In this document: positions 10,089 through 20,182 of the stretch, one piece after another | How the letters are laid out: every line of letters begins with the position of its first letter | Numbering within the stretch: the first letter of the stretch is position 1 | Source: Candidatus Micrarchaeia archaeon | GTDB lineage: Archaea; Micrarchaeota; Micrarchaeia; Anstonellales; Bilamarchaeaceae | Direction of reading: 5' to 3' | Length of the DNA: 64,000 nt | NCBI GenBank assembly: GCA_041649555.1 | Contig: JBAZMS010000001.1 | Location: 331,122 to 395,121, forward strand | Notes under the pieces: model-generated | Told to the model about the DNA's origin: nothing | Seen by the model: only the letters and a program-made list of their open reading frames with translations | Database searches by the model: none | Translations under genes and position numbers: made by a program

Positions 10089-10664
10089 ATGGGAATGAAG
10101 AGAAAAGGGGTTTTAAACGCTTCAATAGTGCTTGCAGCAACTGCATGCATTGTATTTTATGCAGGTGCAAAAAAGTTTGATAATACGCATTATATTCCCT
10201 TAGCAGAACCAATATCAAAAGATTTGGTTATAATGGGTACTGAAAATCCTTCTAAATTCGGCATGGAAAAAATAACCAATAAAGAAAAAGAAATAGTAAC
10301 CCTCTGGCTATGCTGGCCAAATGAGCCGTTTACAGACCATGAAGACTGTGAGCCGATAAGCGCAGTATATAAAGAAGGCCAATTGGCCGAAGTACTAGGA
10401 AGGGAACACTGGAGAATTTGGGACTGTAATACTGAAAATATGGAAAAGCCGGTTTCAGTTGTTATTACCAATCCAGCGCATACCCCCATCATACCCGGAT
10501 GCGTTACTAGAAAAGTTGATTTTGTTGGAATAATTACAAGATTTATCGGTAAAGCCTGGAGAGGAATAGGAGATATATTTAATGAGGCAAAACCTCTTGA
10601 ATTCCCGGAAAAAAGAGGGGTTCCAGAAGAAGACCATTATGCCCGCTCTGAACCATGGTTTTAA
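10089..10664 (+). CDS. Hypothetical secreted or membrane-anchored protein
   Basis: 191-aa ORF with a signal-like N-terminus; no family recognised. Confidence 0.55.
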   Translation: MGMKRKGVLNASIVLAATACIVFYAGAKKFDNTHYIPLAEPISKDLVIMGTENPSKFGMEKITNKEKEIVTLWLCWPNEPFTDHEDCEPISAVYKEGQLAEVLGREHWRIWDCNTENMEKPVSVVITNPAHTPIIPGCVTRKVDFVGIITRFIGKAWRGIGDIFNEAKPLEFPEKRGVPEEDHYARSEPWF

Positions 10665-10670
10665 TTTCTT

Positions 10671-11840
10671 TTACATTGTTAATATTTTTAAAAGCCCGAA
10701 TTCAAAATTTGATAATCCTTCTGTTTTGTTATCACTTTCGTTGGCCTTTTCTATTTTTTTATACCTTTCTTTGGCATTTGCCCTTATTTGTGAGTCTAGC
10801 GCATGCTCACTGATAAATTTAATAGTTTCAGCATCATTAATAATTCCAAAAGCCCTTTGCGCTACCCCACCTCTACAATAAAGTGCAATAAATTCACATG
10901 TTGTCATATTAGTGATCTTTATCGAAAGATCTTTTTCTAGCATACCTTTCAGTTTTTCTGCAATAATCATTTTTTCATCCAAACTATATCTCCCTAATAT
11001 CATTTTAGATCCCATCTCCGCTAATATATGCAGATTTTTAATTTTTCCAAGCATCTCTTTTCTTTTTTCTGTTCCCTTTCTTAGGTTTTCTACTATCAGT
11101 AAAAGGTAGTATTCATTTTTTTCAAAACTTTCTGGAAAATCTGCAAGATATTCTGCAGCATTTCTTCTATATTTTGGATCTTCCGAATAATAAGTTAAAA
11201 TAAATTGACATACTCCAATCTTTAGCCTATCCCAAGAATCTTCTGCAAATTCCTCCATACTAAGGTTGCCATTTTTTATTCGCAGTCCAAGTTCATCTGC
11301 AATAAAAGGATTAGCAGGAATAGTAATCATTTGTGTGCCTTCCACTTGTCTAATAGCAAATAAAATCAGGGCAGAATCAGGTATAAATTTTACTGCACTT
11401 TTTTTACTTTTTTCACTAATATCTGAATTAAGCAGATTCAAAAGTCCGCGTTCTATCTTTTCTTTAACAGATCTGTTTTCCTGCTGTACTGCATTATTAT
11501 GCACTTTTTTTAATTTTTTAAAAGCCCATCTCTCTAAGTTACTGCAAACCATTGCAACCTTTAGAAGTTCATCTGGATCATTTAAATATTTTTTACAAAG
11601 TTTAACTGTGTTTTCATCTAGCACTCCTTCTGGCGCGTTTATTAAAATATACGACAATGCTTTTTGGTTTGGTGAGATTTTTTCAATAATCTTTTTTTTC
11701 TCTTCCATATCTGAATTCATAAATCCTTTTACTATTTCAGCTGGAGTTAAACGCAAATCCTGTCCACCTGTTCTATCCTTAAAAATACCAGAAGATTTAA
11801 CTTTTGGTCTGAGTTTCACGTTATATCTTGTAGAAGTCAT
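10671..11840 (-). CDS. Hypothetical helical protein
   Basis: 389-aa ORF with helical-repeat-like composition; no family recognised. Confidence 0.6.
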   Translation of the reverse strand: MTSTRYNVKLRPKVKSSGIFKDRTGGQDLRLTPAEIVKGFMNSDMEEKKKIIEKISPNQKALSYILINAPEGVLDENTVKLCKKYLNDPDELLKVAMVCSNLERWAFKKLKKVHNNAVQQENRSVKEKIERGLLNLLNSDISEKSKKSAVKFIPDSALILFAIRQVEGTQMITIPANPFIADELGLRIKNGNLSMEEFAEDSWDRLKIGVCQFILTYYSEDPKYRRNAAEYLADFPESFEKNEYYLLLIVENLRKGTEKRKEMLGKIKNLHILAEMGSKMILGRYSLDEKMIIAEKLKGMLEKDLSIKITNMTTCEFIALYCRGGVAQRAFGIINDAETIKFISEHALDSQIRANAKERYKKIEKANESDNKTEGLSNFEFGLLKILTM

Positions 11841-11905
11841 ATAAATACACTATATAATACTATTTCGTATCGTTTTAAAACCTATCGAAAAAAGGTTTAG
11901 ATCTG

Positions 11906-11921
11906 TTATACAGCACTACAA
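11906..11921. repeat. Direct repeat copy A of cassette 1 (duplicate of the adk 3' end)
   Basis: TTATACAGCACTACAA versus TTACACAGCACTACAA at 13255-13270; 15/16 identical. Confidence 0.8.
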
Positions 11922-13178
11922 TTTTACTTCTTCAAATAGTTTATATGGCAGTATGGGTTTGATTTTTTCCCGTTTCTTTTGAATTCCTAAATTAATAATG
12001 TATGAAGTAAAGCTAGCATATACCGATAGGAATATTTTTAAACTATGAAAATCTTCAGATTTTAATTTTGTTTTAAATTTTATTTCTATTGCCTGCTTTT
12101 CATTTTCTAGTATAAAATCTACTTCATTTCCATTTTTATCCTGCCAAAATTTTATCTTGCATTTATTATTTTTTAATAGTTCCCCAAGAACAAAGGCCTC
12201 TAATAAAAACCCAGCATCACTCCTAATAAATGTTTTATTAAAATTATTTACAAAATAATTTCTTACTCCATTATCAATAAAATAAATTTTTGGTATTTTC
12301 ACAAGCTCTTTATTCTTATTTATATAAAACGGTTTTAATTCATATACAAGATATGTTTCAAATAAAAGTTCAAGCAGTTCTTTTGTTTCAAAATAATTTA
12401 ATGAGCACGAAGTTCCAATAGTTTCATATTTTATTTTTTGACCATGATTTATAGCTAGAAATTCAACTAATTTTTTTGTTTTGAGCACTTTTTCAATACT
12501 AACATAATTTCTTATGTCTTTTTTTAAGTATAAATCAAAAATACTTTTCAAAACTTCTTTTTTCTCATCATTTTTTATTTTCAATGCAACTTCAGGATAC
12601 CCACCATATATAATAAATTCTTCAAGAAATTCTCTTAAAACTTTTGTGGATTTTTCAAGCCCTGCCCCATCCAATTTTTTAGAATTTTTAAGCATTTCAA
12701 TTGCCATGTTTTCTTTTTTAAATAATAAAAATTCTTCAAAATCAAGCGGGTATATCTCGTTTATAATTTTTCTTCCTGCCAAGGATTCTCCTGCCTGTTT
12801 TTTAATCTCAACTGATGACGAACCCGAAGCAAATATTTTAACATTTTCAATATTATCATATACATTTTTTATTATATTTGTAAGATCCGCGTATTTGTGG
12901 AATTCGTCCAAAAAAAGATAGAATAATTTTTTCTCATTCTTATCATATCCGTGCAATGTAATCGTATTTTTTAAATTTTCAAAACTGCTTACAGATTCAA
13001 AATTAGATAACACATCCAAATCCAAAAAAAGACATCTATTTTTTTTTGAAAGTACTCTGCAAAGTTCTTTTAAAAGGGTTGTTTTTCCTGTTTGTCTTGG
13101 GCCTAGAAGAATTGAAATTTTCCTATTTTTACTTTGTTCCAGCAAATTTGTGAAAATCTTCCTAGCTATATACTCCAA
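11916..13178 (-). CDS. COG1373-type AAA+ ATPase (AAA_14/DUF4143) with wHTH and C-terminal PD-(D/E)XK-like domain
   Basis: Walker A GPRQTGKT, Walker B LFLDEFH, GESLAGR, GGYPE, KIYFIDNG, EVDF...IEIK. TTG 13178 follows a GAGG SD (ORF track starts at 13187). Confidence 0.88.
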   Translation of the reverse strand: MEYIARKIFTNLLEQSKNRKISILLGPRQTGKTTLLKELCRVLSKKNRCLFLDLDVLSNFESVSSFENLKNTITLHGYDKNEKKLFYLFLDEFHKYADLTNIIKNVYDNIENVKIFASGSSSVEIKKQAGESLAGRKIINEIYPLDFEEFLLFKKENMAIEMLKNSKKLDGAGLEKSTKVLREFLEEFIIYGGYPEVALKIKNDEKKEVLKSIFDLYLKKDIRNYVSIEKVLKTKKLVEFLAINHGQKIKYETIGTSCSLNYFETKELLELLFETYLVYELKPFYINKNKELVKIPKIYFIDNGVRNYFVNNFNKTFIRSDAGFLLEAFVLGELLKNNKCKIKFWQDKNGNEVDFILENEKQAIEIKFKTKLKSEDFHSLKIFLSVYASFTSYIINLGIQKKREKIKPILPYKLFEEVKL

Positions 13179-13216
13179 AATTAACAACCTCTAAATTTTA
13201 GCTACACTAAAATTTA
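13173..13216. promoter_or_regulatory. Operator-like repeats upstream of ATPase cassette 1
   Basis: Inverted repeat TAAATTTTAG-N5-CTAAAATTTA (13192-13216) within an imperfect 16-bp-period triple repeat. The region is AT-rich, so support is weaker. Confidence 0.45.
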
Positions 13217-13254
13217 ATATAATTAATAAATAGAATAATTTAAAAATAGGCTGT

Positions 13255-13803
13255 TTACACAGCACTACAAAATTCTTCTATTGCCTCTTCTGCCATTCCA
13301 TTTCTGTTAATTATTATTTTTGCAGGAGCCCCTGATATTGCAGAATAGCTTGCAAGAAGCATTTTATTATACATATCATGCTCTTTTATCTCGTGCAGGT
13401 CAACTTTTCTAACCCGTGTTGAATCGCTTTCCCTTCTTGTTGCAATCTCTTCTATTTCTCCAGTTATCAATACCAAAAGATCAACCTTTAATTCTTTCAA
13501 TAAAGAATATGGAAGCCCCGGGAGATAGAATTTTTTATGGGGGTTTAACACAGAGCAGTGAGTATCTAAAACTACCTTTCCAACTTCTGTTGCAAGCTTT
13601 TCTCCGACTATTTTTTGTATGCCTTTTTGCTCTTCTGCGCTTAGTATCCTTATCTGGTCCCGGTTTTCAATCTTATATTTTTCTTTTGCAATTTCAAACA
13701 TTAATGTCCCATAATTTAATAATTTATATTCTGGATTTTTTTTTGCAAATCCTTCAAGAACTGTTGTTTTTCCTGCGCCAGGAAGACCCATTACAATTAT
13801 CAT
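13255..13803 (-). CDS. adkA: Archaeal adenylate kinase
   Basis: GLPGAGKTT, NYGTLM, RDQIR, DTH and PGLP motifs; follows secY. Confidence 0.93.
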   Translation of the reverse strand: MIIVMGLPGAGKTTVLEGFAKKNPEYKLLNYGTLMFEIAKEKYKIENRDQIRILSAEEQKGIQKIVGEKLATEVGKVVLDTHCSVLNPHKKFYLPGLPYSLLKELKVDLLVLITGEIEEIATRRESDSTRVRKVDLHEIKEHDMYNKMLLASYSAISGAPAKIIINRNGMAEEAIEEFCSAV

Positions 13804-13871
13804 AAAATTTCACCAATAAGCTTCATTTAATCAGATAAACTTAAAAAATCTCTTTTTAATCATAAAAGATT

Positions 13872-14411
13872 ATGAAAAAAATCATTTTTATAATTCCCCC
13901 ACAAAATTTCCGGGATGAAGAATTATTCCATACGAAAGAAGTTTTAGAATCCTGTACAATCGAAACAAAAATTGCAAGCACAAAAAAAGGAGAATGTATT
14001 GGTTCAAGAGGAGGGATTGCAGTTTCAACTTATCTTTTAGAGGAAATAAATTCAAAAGATTTTGACGGAATTATTTTTATAGGTGGAATGGGAACTCCGG
14101 TCATAAGATCAAATAATCTTGCATTGGCTCTTGCAAAACATTTTAATGATGAAGACAAACTGGTCTGTGCAATATGCTGGGCATCAACTATTCTTGCAAA
14201 AGCAGGGGTTTTAAAAGATAAAAAAGCAACAGTCTGGCTTGGAGATGACCCGGAGTACAATACAACCACAGATAAGGTTTTGGAGAGATATGGCGGGATT
14301 TATAGCCCTGATAGGGTAGTTGCTGATAAAAATATAATTACTGCGCAAGGGCCCATACAGGCAAGAGAATTTGGAAAAAAAATTGCAGAAAAAATAATTT
14401 TATCCCATTAA
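13872..14411 (+). CDS. DJ-1/PfpI family protein
   Basis: FRDEE, FIGGMG, AICWAS (nucleophilic Cys) and IITAQGP motifs. Confidence 0.9.
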   Translation: MKKIIFIIPPQNFRDEELFHTKEVLESCTIETKIASTKKGECIGSRGGIAVSTYLLEEINSKDFDGIIFIGGMGTPVIRSNNLALALAKHFNDEDKLVCAICWASTILAKAGVLKDKKATVWLGDDPEYNTTTDKVLERYGGIYSPDRVVADKNIITAQGPIQAREFGKKIAEKIILSH

Positions 14412-15806
14412 TTTTCCAATACTTGGATACATTTCAAATGCTTTCATCTGCTTTAATTGTTCGTACATTCTTGCAAGTATTCCAACTGTAAGTAAAATAC
14501 CTGTTCCTGTACCAAGCGCTCCGGTTAAATCCGCAATTCCGGCAAGCAGTCCAACTAAAAATGAACCAAGAACAGTTAAAGGAAAGATATGCCTTTCAAG
14601 AACAGTTTCAATCAATCTTGGGTCTCTTCTATAGCCTGGAACCTGAATATTTGAAGAATTGAGCTGGTTTGCAACACTTTTTGCATCAAGACCTGATGTT
14701 TCTGCCCAAAATATTCCAAACACAATGGATACAAGAGACAAGAATAATATATAAGTTATAGCATGGACCCATTCAGGTATTCCAAGATACGGAGTCACAT
14801 TATTCACCATTATACTGAAATTGGTGAAAGTCCCCTGATACCAAATAGGCCGTATAAGCCATACAGCTTCCTGAATATAGGGTAAAATAAAACTTATATC
14901 TATCTGTGTAAACGGGATGGTTACAGGATTTTTTGCAACATCATCTAAAAACATTCCGACTGCGCCCATATTCATTAAAAGCGCGCTTGCAAAAATAACC
15001 GGAATATTTGAAACATAAAATAATTTTAAAGGAAGTTTTGGGGTTATACCTCTTATTCTTTCGTGCGCAATCTGTATTTCCACTTTTACGCTTTCAGCAT
15101 ATGCAACCCCAAAAAATATAATTATTGTAAATATAAAAGGAAGGAATGCTAAAAGTGCCAATGGAATTCCTTCAGCGCCACCTTCCGTCAATGCAGAAAC
15201 AACCCCGTTATTTCCAAAAATTATTGTTCCGACAAGGCCTCCGATTATTGCAAAAGAAACTCCTGCTGCAATGAATATACTTATTCCGCTTCCGATTCCA
15301 TATTTTGAAATTATCTCATCTAGATATAAAAGCGCAACAGAACCAAATGTTATCTGCAGTATTACCAAAATTGGAAGAATCATCCCCCAGGCATCAGAAA
15401 TACGAAGGCCGCCAACTCCGAACTGCACAAACATCGCAGCCTCAATTAGAGCAATAACTATTGCAAGTGTTTTTTGTGCTTCGTGAAATTTTTGCTTGTC
15501 GCTTGGATTTTTCAAATCAAGATTTATTATCTTGGCTCCGACAAAAAGCTGCAGAAATATACTCGCCATAACAATAGGCCCGATACCAGTTGTAAGAAGG
15601 GTTCCTATTCTTGATGCAGTAATCATCTGCAAAAAATCAAATGAAGCAACATGTTCTGTACCAAAAAGAGGTATATTATACATTGCAAAAAATATTATGA
15701 GTGCTGCAAAGGTCCACATCATTTTTTCTTTTAATGGTGGCGGACTTGTTGCCACAGCAATTCCCGGCAGTTTTTTTGAAATCGCCGCCAGAATATCAAT
15801 AATCAT
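14400..15806 (-). CDS. secY: Preprotein translocase SecY/Sec61alpha
   Basis: GIGPIV, GIGSGISIFI, YVSNIPVI, PGYRRDPR and GTGILLTVGI; multi-TM. Confidence 0.97.
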   Translation of the reverse strand: MIIDILAAISKKLPGIAVATSPPPLKEKMMWTFAALIIFFAMYNIPLFGTEHVASFDFLQMITASRIGTLLTTGIGPIVMASIFLQLFVGAKIINLDLKNPSDKQKFHEAQKTLAIVIALIEAAMFVQFGVGGLRISDAWGMILPILVILQITFGSVALLYLDEIISKYGIGSGISIFIAAGVSFAIIGGLVGTIIFGNNGVVSALTEGGAEGIPLALLAFLPFIFTIIIFFGVAYAESVKVEIQIAHERIRGITPKLPLKLFYVSNIPVIFASALLMNMGAVGMFLDDVAKNPVTIPFTQIDISFILPYIQEAVWLIRPIWYQGTFTNFSIMVNNVTPYLGIPEWVHAITYILFLSLVSIVFGIFWAETSGLDAKSVANQLNSSNIQVPGYRRDPRLIETVLERHIFPLTVLGSFLVGLLAGIADLTGALGTGTGILLTVGILARMYEQLKQMKAFEMYPSIGKLMG

Positions 15807-15820
15807 ATAAAATCCTCAAT

Positions 15821-16231
15821 CTAATTTTTAATAGAGGTTATTTCACCAGATAGGTTTTTAACTTTTTCCTGTGCTTTTTTGCTCCAAGATCCTGCCTTTA
15901 TTTCTATTGGATAGTTTATGAATCCAGAACCTAAAATTTTCCCTGAAAACTCATAATAATATTTTTCCCCTTTTTTCTTAATTTCCCCGGTTATTATCTT
16001 TCGCTCTATTTCATATAAATTTATTGCAGGCCCGATTTTTTTGGTTCTTGAAAATCCGTGCCTTCCAAAATAATCAGGAGCATACTTTGTAACCCAGCTT
16101 TTCTTTTGTTTTTTTCTACCGGATTTTCCGCATCCTCCTCTTCCACCGCTTCCGCTCCTGTTTTTAACATTTCCTTTTCCCTGGCTTCGTGTCCCTCTGA
16201 ATTTTCCAGTTTTTTTCCTGTCCCGAACCAT
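15821..16231 (-). CDS. rpl15: 50S ribosomal protein uL15
   Basis: GGRGGCG, YFGRHGF and KILGSG motifs; synteny. Confidence 0.93.
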   Translation of the reverse strand: MVRDRKKTGKFRGTRSQGKGNVKNRSGSGGRGGCGKSGRKKQKKSWVTKYAPDYFGRHGFSRTKKIGPAINLYEIERKIITGEIKKKGEKYYYEFSGKILGSGFINYPIEIKAGSWSKKAQEKVKNLSGEITSIKN

Positions 16232-16236
16232 AAATA

Positions 16237-16671
16237 TCACATCATTCTTTTTACAAGCATTTCAATGTCTGCCCGCTTTCCAAGGTCTCCAAAGGGATAT
16301 GCTTTTTTTATGTTTTTATATCCTTTTCGCGGAGGGTGCAATCTGAAAACAGGATCGATATATTTTTTTACAGGTTCACCAGAGTAAATCGCCTTTGCAA
16401 TTTTTTCTGCCTCCGTTTGCGAATAAATTTCCTTTGCCCGTTTTCCTCCTTTTTCTCCCCGTTTTAATATAAGCTTTTTTATTAAATCTTCTGAAACTTC
16501 CCCGTATGCGACATAGCTTTGAATGACATTAATCATTCCCATTACTTTTGGATCATTTTTCATTATCACGCACTGGTTTGGTTTTGCCAGCATCAAAAGT
16601 TCGAATGTTTTCTTTATTTTTGGCTTGAGATTTCGTATGCCCCTAATTCTTACAATTGCAATATTATTCAT
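16237..16671 (-). CDS. rpl30: 50S ribosomal protein uL30
   Basis: IAIVRIRG and FRLHPPRKG motifs. Confidence 0.95.
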   Translation of the reverse strand: MNNIAIVRIRGIRNLKPKIKKTFELLMLAKPNQCVIMKNDPKVMGMINVIQSYVAYGEVSEDLIKKLILKRGEKGGKRAKEIYSQTEAEKIAKAIYSGEPVKKYIDPVFRLHPPRKGYKNIKKAYPFGDLGKRADIEMLVKRMM

Positions 16672-17291
16672 ATTTCTTCACCTTGTTTTTTAGGTTTTAA
16701 TCTGTTTAAATTGTTTAATGCTTTCATAGTGGCACTTGCAGTATTATATATATTTGCAGTGTTTCCCTGAGTTTTGCTCCACACATCCTTTACTCCTGCC
16801 ATTTGCAGAACCTTTTTAATTACCTCATTTGCTGCAAGGCCAACCCCTTTTGGAGCAGGGTAGAGCGTAATTTTTGTGCTTCCCTCTTTTCCAGTAGTTC
16901 TTTGGAATACCGAGTGTTTTTCTTTGCACCTGCATTCCCAGCTTCCACATCCATGTTCAATTATTATAAGGTTTTTTTTAGCATCCCGTATTGCATATTC
17001 TATTGCTGGTTTTACTTCTTCTGATTTTCCAGCTCCTATTCCAACGCGCCCCTTTCCGTCTCCAACAACAACAATTGCCCGAAATTTTATCTTTCTTCCA
17101 GAATCTGTTACCCGCTGTGTGCTTGAAATTGAAAGTGTTTCTGATTTTAAATCAGGAATTAACAGATCCACAACTTCTGGTTCAATTATCGGTTTTCCTG
17201 ATTTTAAAAGCTCATCAATATCTGTAATCTCTTTTGCATTTGCCCTTTTTCCTATTTTTGTTTTCGGTTGCCAGTTAGAAAGATCATCCAT
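16668..17291 (-). CDS. rps5: 30S ribosomal protein uS5
   Basis: WQPKTKIG, QRVTDSGR and GCGSWEC motifs. Confidence 0.96.
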   Translation of the reverse strand: MDDLSNWQPKTKIGKRANAKEITDIDELLKSGKPIIEPEVVDLLIPDLKSETLSISSTQRVTDSGRKIKFRAIVVVGDGKGRVGIGAGKSEEVKPAIEYAIRDAKKNLIIIEHGCGSWECRCKEKHSVFQRTTGKEGSTKITLYPAPKGVGLAANEVIKKVLQMAGVKDVWSKTQGNTANIYNTASATMKALNNLNRLKPKKQGEEI

Positions 17292-17302
17292 TTAACCACA
17301 TC

Positions 17303-17800
17303 TTATTTTCCAAGAATACTTTTTTTAACTTCTTCAAATTTTTTCCCGTATTTTTCTGGAATATTTTTCATTTTTTCTTTTGGAAGAACGCTCTGGTCAA
17401 AATTGGTGTTTAAGCCCCCATCGATTGCACCAAGAACAGCTCCAAAAAGAACCCCGTTTTTCTTTGCTTTTGCAAGACCAAGATCAACAACAAAATCATT
17501 TATTTTTTTTTCCTTTGCAAATTTTGATGCCATCAGTCCTGCCAAATAGGAAGTATATACATTTCTTTTTGACGGCCATCCATATTTCTTTTCAAGAGTA
17601 TTGCCGTTTATTATAAGCAATGTTTTATCTCCCTGTTTATCATAGTTTACAAACTGCACTATTACAGACCTGTTGGTTTTTCTAATAACCATTCTTGTTT
17701 TATTGCTTTTTACAAGTGCAAGTCTTTTCTGATAATTTGTTTTTCCCTCTCTTCTTCTCCTGAAAGGAACATTATATGTTGGTGTTTTTGCTCTTCCCAT
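17303..17800 (-). CDS. rpl18: 50S ribosomal protein uL18
   Basis: FRRRREGKTNY..RL motif. Confidence 0.95.
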   Translation of the reverse strand: MGRAKTPTYNVPFRRRREGKTNYQKRLALVKSNKTRMVIRKTNRSVIVQFVNYDKQGDKTLLIINGNTLEKKYGWPSKRNVYTSYLAGLMASKFAKEKKINDFVVDLGLAKAKKNGVLFGAVLGAIDGGLNTNFDQSVLPKEKMKNIPEKYGKKFEEVKKSILGK

Positions 17801-17804
17801 ATTA

Positions 17805-18245
17805 TCACTCTTTTAACAGTAATTTATTATCCTTTAAATAGACAAAAATTGCCTGTTTATTTCTAAATGATCCTCCCTTTATTTTAAGATAAATCATTCT
17901 CTTGTTTTTAGGCTCAATCTTTTTTTGCATAACCAGTTCCCGCAGATATTTTCGCTGTGCCCTTACCTTTTCCATCCATCTCTCTTTTTCACTTACTATT
18001 GAATATTTTTTCCCTCTTCTAGTCCCTCTGCTTTTTGATTTTCTTTTTTCCTTTTTCAATCTTCCTTTTTTTGGAATGCAATAAACAATTTTATCTTTTA
18101 TCAAATCCCGCACATTTAATCTTGTTATCGCCTCTTCAAGCTGTTTTTTCTGGTTTTCATCAAGAGAGGTTTTTATTCTAACCCTGTTTACGCCTGCCTT
18201 TAGTATATCTGCAGCAAGCCGCTTTACTGTTTGTATGCTGACCAT
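17805..18245 (-). CDS. rpl19e: 50S ribosomal protein eL19
   Basis: KRLAADIL, WMEKVRAQR and YLKIKGG motifs. Confidence 0.95.
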   Translation of the reverse strand: MVSIQTVKRLAADILKAGVNRVRIKTSLDENQKKQLEEAITRLNVRDLIKDKIVYCIPKKGRLKKEKRKSKSRGTRRGKKYSIVSEKERWMEKVRAQRKYLRELVMQKKIEPKNKRMIYLKIKGGSFRNKQAIFVYLKDNKLLLKE

Positions 18246-18255
18246 AATAATCACA

Positions 18256-18597
18256 TCAATTCAATACCGTTATTTTCAACTCCTGTGCTTTTTTTCTTAT
18301 TATCTCTTTATTTTTTTTGCTGACCTTTCCAGAAATTCTTATTGCAAATTTCTCGGTTTTGTTTTCTGAAATTTTTAAAACATCAGTTATATTGCACACT
18401 AGTTTTTCCTTAAGGCCCAATGGATGAACTCCGCGCTGGGATTTTGCATTTCCATATCCAACCTTAGGGCATGCACCAAAATCTTTTCTTCGTATTCTCT
18501 TTTTATTATCTATCCCTCGTGGTTTTCTCCATCTTTTTTTGATTCTTCCTTTATTGCTGTTTAGAACATTAAATTTTGGTTTTTTCTTTTTTTTCAT
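18256..18597 (-). CDS. rpl32e: 50S ribosomal protein eL32
   Basis: WRKPRGIDNK and RGVHPLG motifs. Confidence 0.95.
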   Translation of the reverse strand: MKKKKKPKFNVLNSNKGRIKKRWRKPRGIDNKKRIRRKDFGACPKVGYGNAKSQRGVHPLGLKEKLVCNITDVLKISENKTEKFAIRISGKVSKKNKEIIRKKAQELKITVLN

Positions 18598-19091
18598 GCC
18601 TGTTCACCTATTATGTAAATACCATCCTGAAATATTCTCAAATCCCTATTTTTTATTTTTGTGGCAATTCTTATATTTGCTGCAGTTTGTCCAACTTCTT
18701 CTTTATTCAGGCCAGTTATTAAAACTTCTGCGCCTTTTACCAAAACCTTGCATTTTCCATTTATCTTTGCCTTTCTTGGAGATTTTTCCCCCAAAAAATT
18801 TTTTACTAATATTATGCTGCCTTTGACCTCTACTGTTATCGGGAAATGGGAATATACTATTTTCATTTTTTTGGAGAATTCATTATTTACCCCATGAATC
18901 ATATTTTCTATGTGCCCTCTTACTGTATTTAGCATTTCCTTTTGTTTTGCCGAGACCTTTATTTTTTTTCCTTCCAGAAACACTAAAACCTTGGGTCCGA
19001 AATCTCTTTTTAGTTCTCCCTTTGGACCCTTTATGGTTATAATAGAACCAGTTGCCTGAATTGCTGCATTTTCCTTTGGTTCAAATTCCAT
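18594..19091 (-). CDS. rpl6: 50S ribosomal protein uL6
   Basis: VYSHFPI, NFLGEK and FQDGIY motifs. Confidence 0.95.
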   Translation of the reverse strand: MEFEPKENAAIQATGSIITIKGPKGELKRDFGPKVLVFLEGKKIKVSAKQKEMLNTVRGHIENMIHGVNNEFSKKMKIVYSHFPITVEVKGSIILVKNFLGEKSPRKAKINGKCKVLVKGAEVLITGLNKEEVGQTAANIRIATKIKNRDLRIFQDGIYIIGEQA

Positions 19092-19095
19092 AATA

Positions 19096-19482
19096 TTAGT
19101 ATACATAAGCCATCAACCTTCCGCCTATTTTTAGCTTTTGTGCTTCAATATTGGTCATTATTCCGCTTGGAGTGGATACAATCATTACACCAACTCCTAT
19201 TGCCGGAATAAATCTCTGCTCAAATTTTGACCACTCGCTTTTCTTTACAGGGAAGTTTGGTTTTATTACTCCGCAGTTGTTTATCCTTCCATCAAGGGCT
19301 ATTTCCAGATATTTTTTACCCTCTTCCTCTTTTTCACTGTAATTGAGCACATATCCTTCTTTTTGGAAAATCTCCATCATTTTTTTTGTTATCTTTGTTG
19401 AGATAATCCTGCATTTCTTTTTTCCGACCATTTCATGAACTTTTATTGAATTCAGAGAATTCGATAAATTATCAACACTCAT
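19096..19482 (-). CDS. rps8: 30S ribosomal protein uS8
   Basis: GRINNCGVIKP, IVSTPSG and GGRLMAYVY motifs. Confidence 0.95.
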   Translation of the reverse strand: MSVDNLSNSLNSIKVHEMVGKKKCRIISTKITKKMMEIFQKEGYVLNYSEKEEEGKKYLEIALDGRINNCGVIKPNFPVKKSEWSKFEQRFIPAIGVGVMIVSTPSGIMTNIEAQKLKIGGRLMAYVY

Positions 19483-19493
19483 TTATAACACCT

Positions 19494-19649
19494 TTAATAT
19501 TTTCTAAAACCTATTTTTTCTCCAACTTCCCTAAAACATCTTCTGCATATTCCAAGTCCATATTTTCTTATAAGCCCTCTGGAAGTTCCGCATATCCTGC
19601 ATTTCCGTTTTCCCTTTCCCTTATATTTTTGTTCTAATGGTATTTTCAT
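19494..19649 (-). CDS. rps14: 30S ribosomal protein uS14 (Zn-binding form), missed by the ORF track
   Basis: Manual translation [51 protein letters not shown] (51 aa); between uL5 and uS8. Confidence 0.95.
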   Translation of the reverse strand: MKIPLEQKYKGKGKRKCRICGTSRGLIRKYGLGICRRCFREVGEKIGFRKY

Positions 19650-19651
19650 AA

Positions 19652-20182
19652 TCATTCACCTTTTGAAATTTCAACTTTGAATTTTTCATTTATGAATTTC
19701 ATGGAGTCTTCTTTGTTTACAAGATGTTTTTTTCCTATTTTTGAAGTTTTGATTCTTCTAGTTCTAACCCGTTTTCCCCGCCTGTTTATTGTAACACAGA
19801 CATCAAATCCCATCATTCCGATTACAGGGTCATATTTTATGCCGGGAAAATCTATATATTCTTTAATTCCAAATGAAAGATTTCCTAAATTATCAAAATT
19901 ATTTTTGGATACCTTATTCTTTTTTGCAACAAAAGCCTTTTTGAGGAGTTCTTCAGCATCCTTGCCTCGCAGGGTCACCTTTGTTCCTATTTCAAGCCCT
20001 TTTCTAAGTTTGAATATTGGGTTTCTGTCCTTTGCCCTTGTTTCAATGGGAGTTTTTCCAGTTATTCTTTTTACAAGCTCTTTTGCATTATCTAAAACTT
20101 CCCCTGCAGAACCTGCCCCTATATTTATTGTGACCTTTTCTATCCGGAGTTCTTTCATTGGATTATTTTTTTTATCATTCAT
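19652..20182 (-). CDS. rpl5: 50S ribosomal protein uL5
   Basis: [22 protein letters not shown] and SFGIKEYID motifs. Confidence 0.96.
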   Translation of the reverse strand: MNDKKNNPMKELRIEKVTINIGAGSAGEVLDNAKELVKRITGKTPIETRAKDRNPIFKLRKGLEIGTKVTLRGKDAEELLKKAFVAKKNKVSKNNFDNLGNLSFGIKEYIDFPGIKYDPVIGMMGFDVCVTINRRGKRVRTRRIKTSKIGKKHLVNKEDSMKFINEKFKVEISKGE

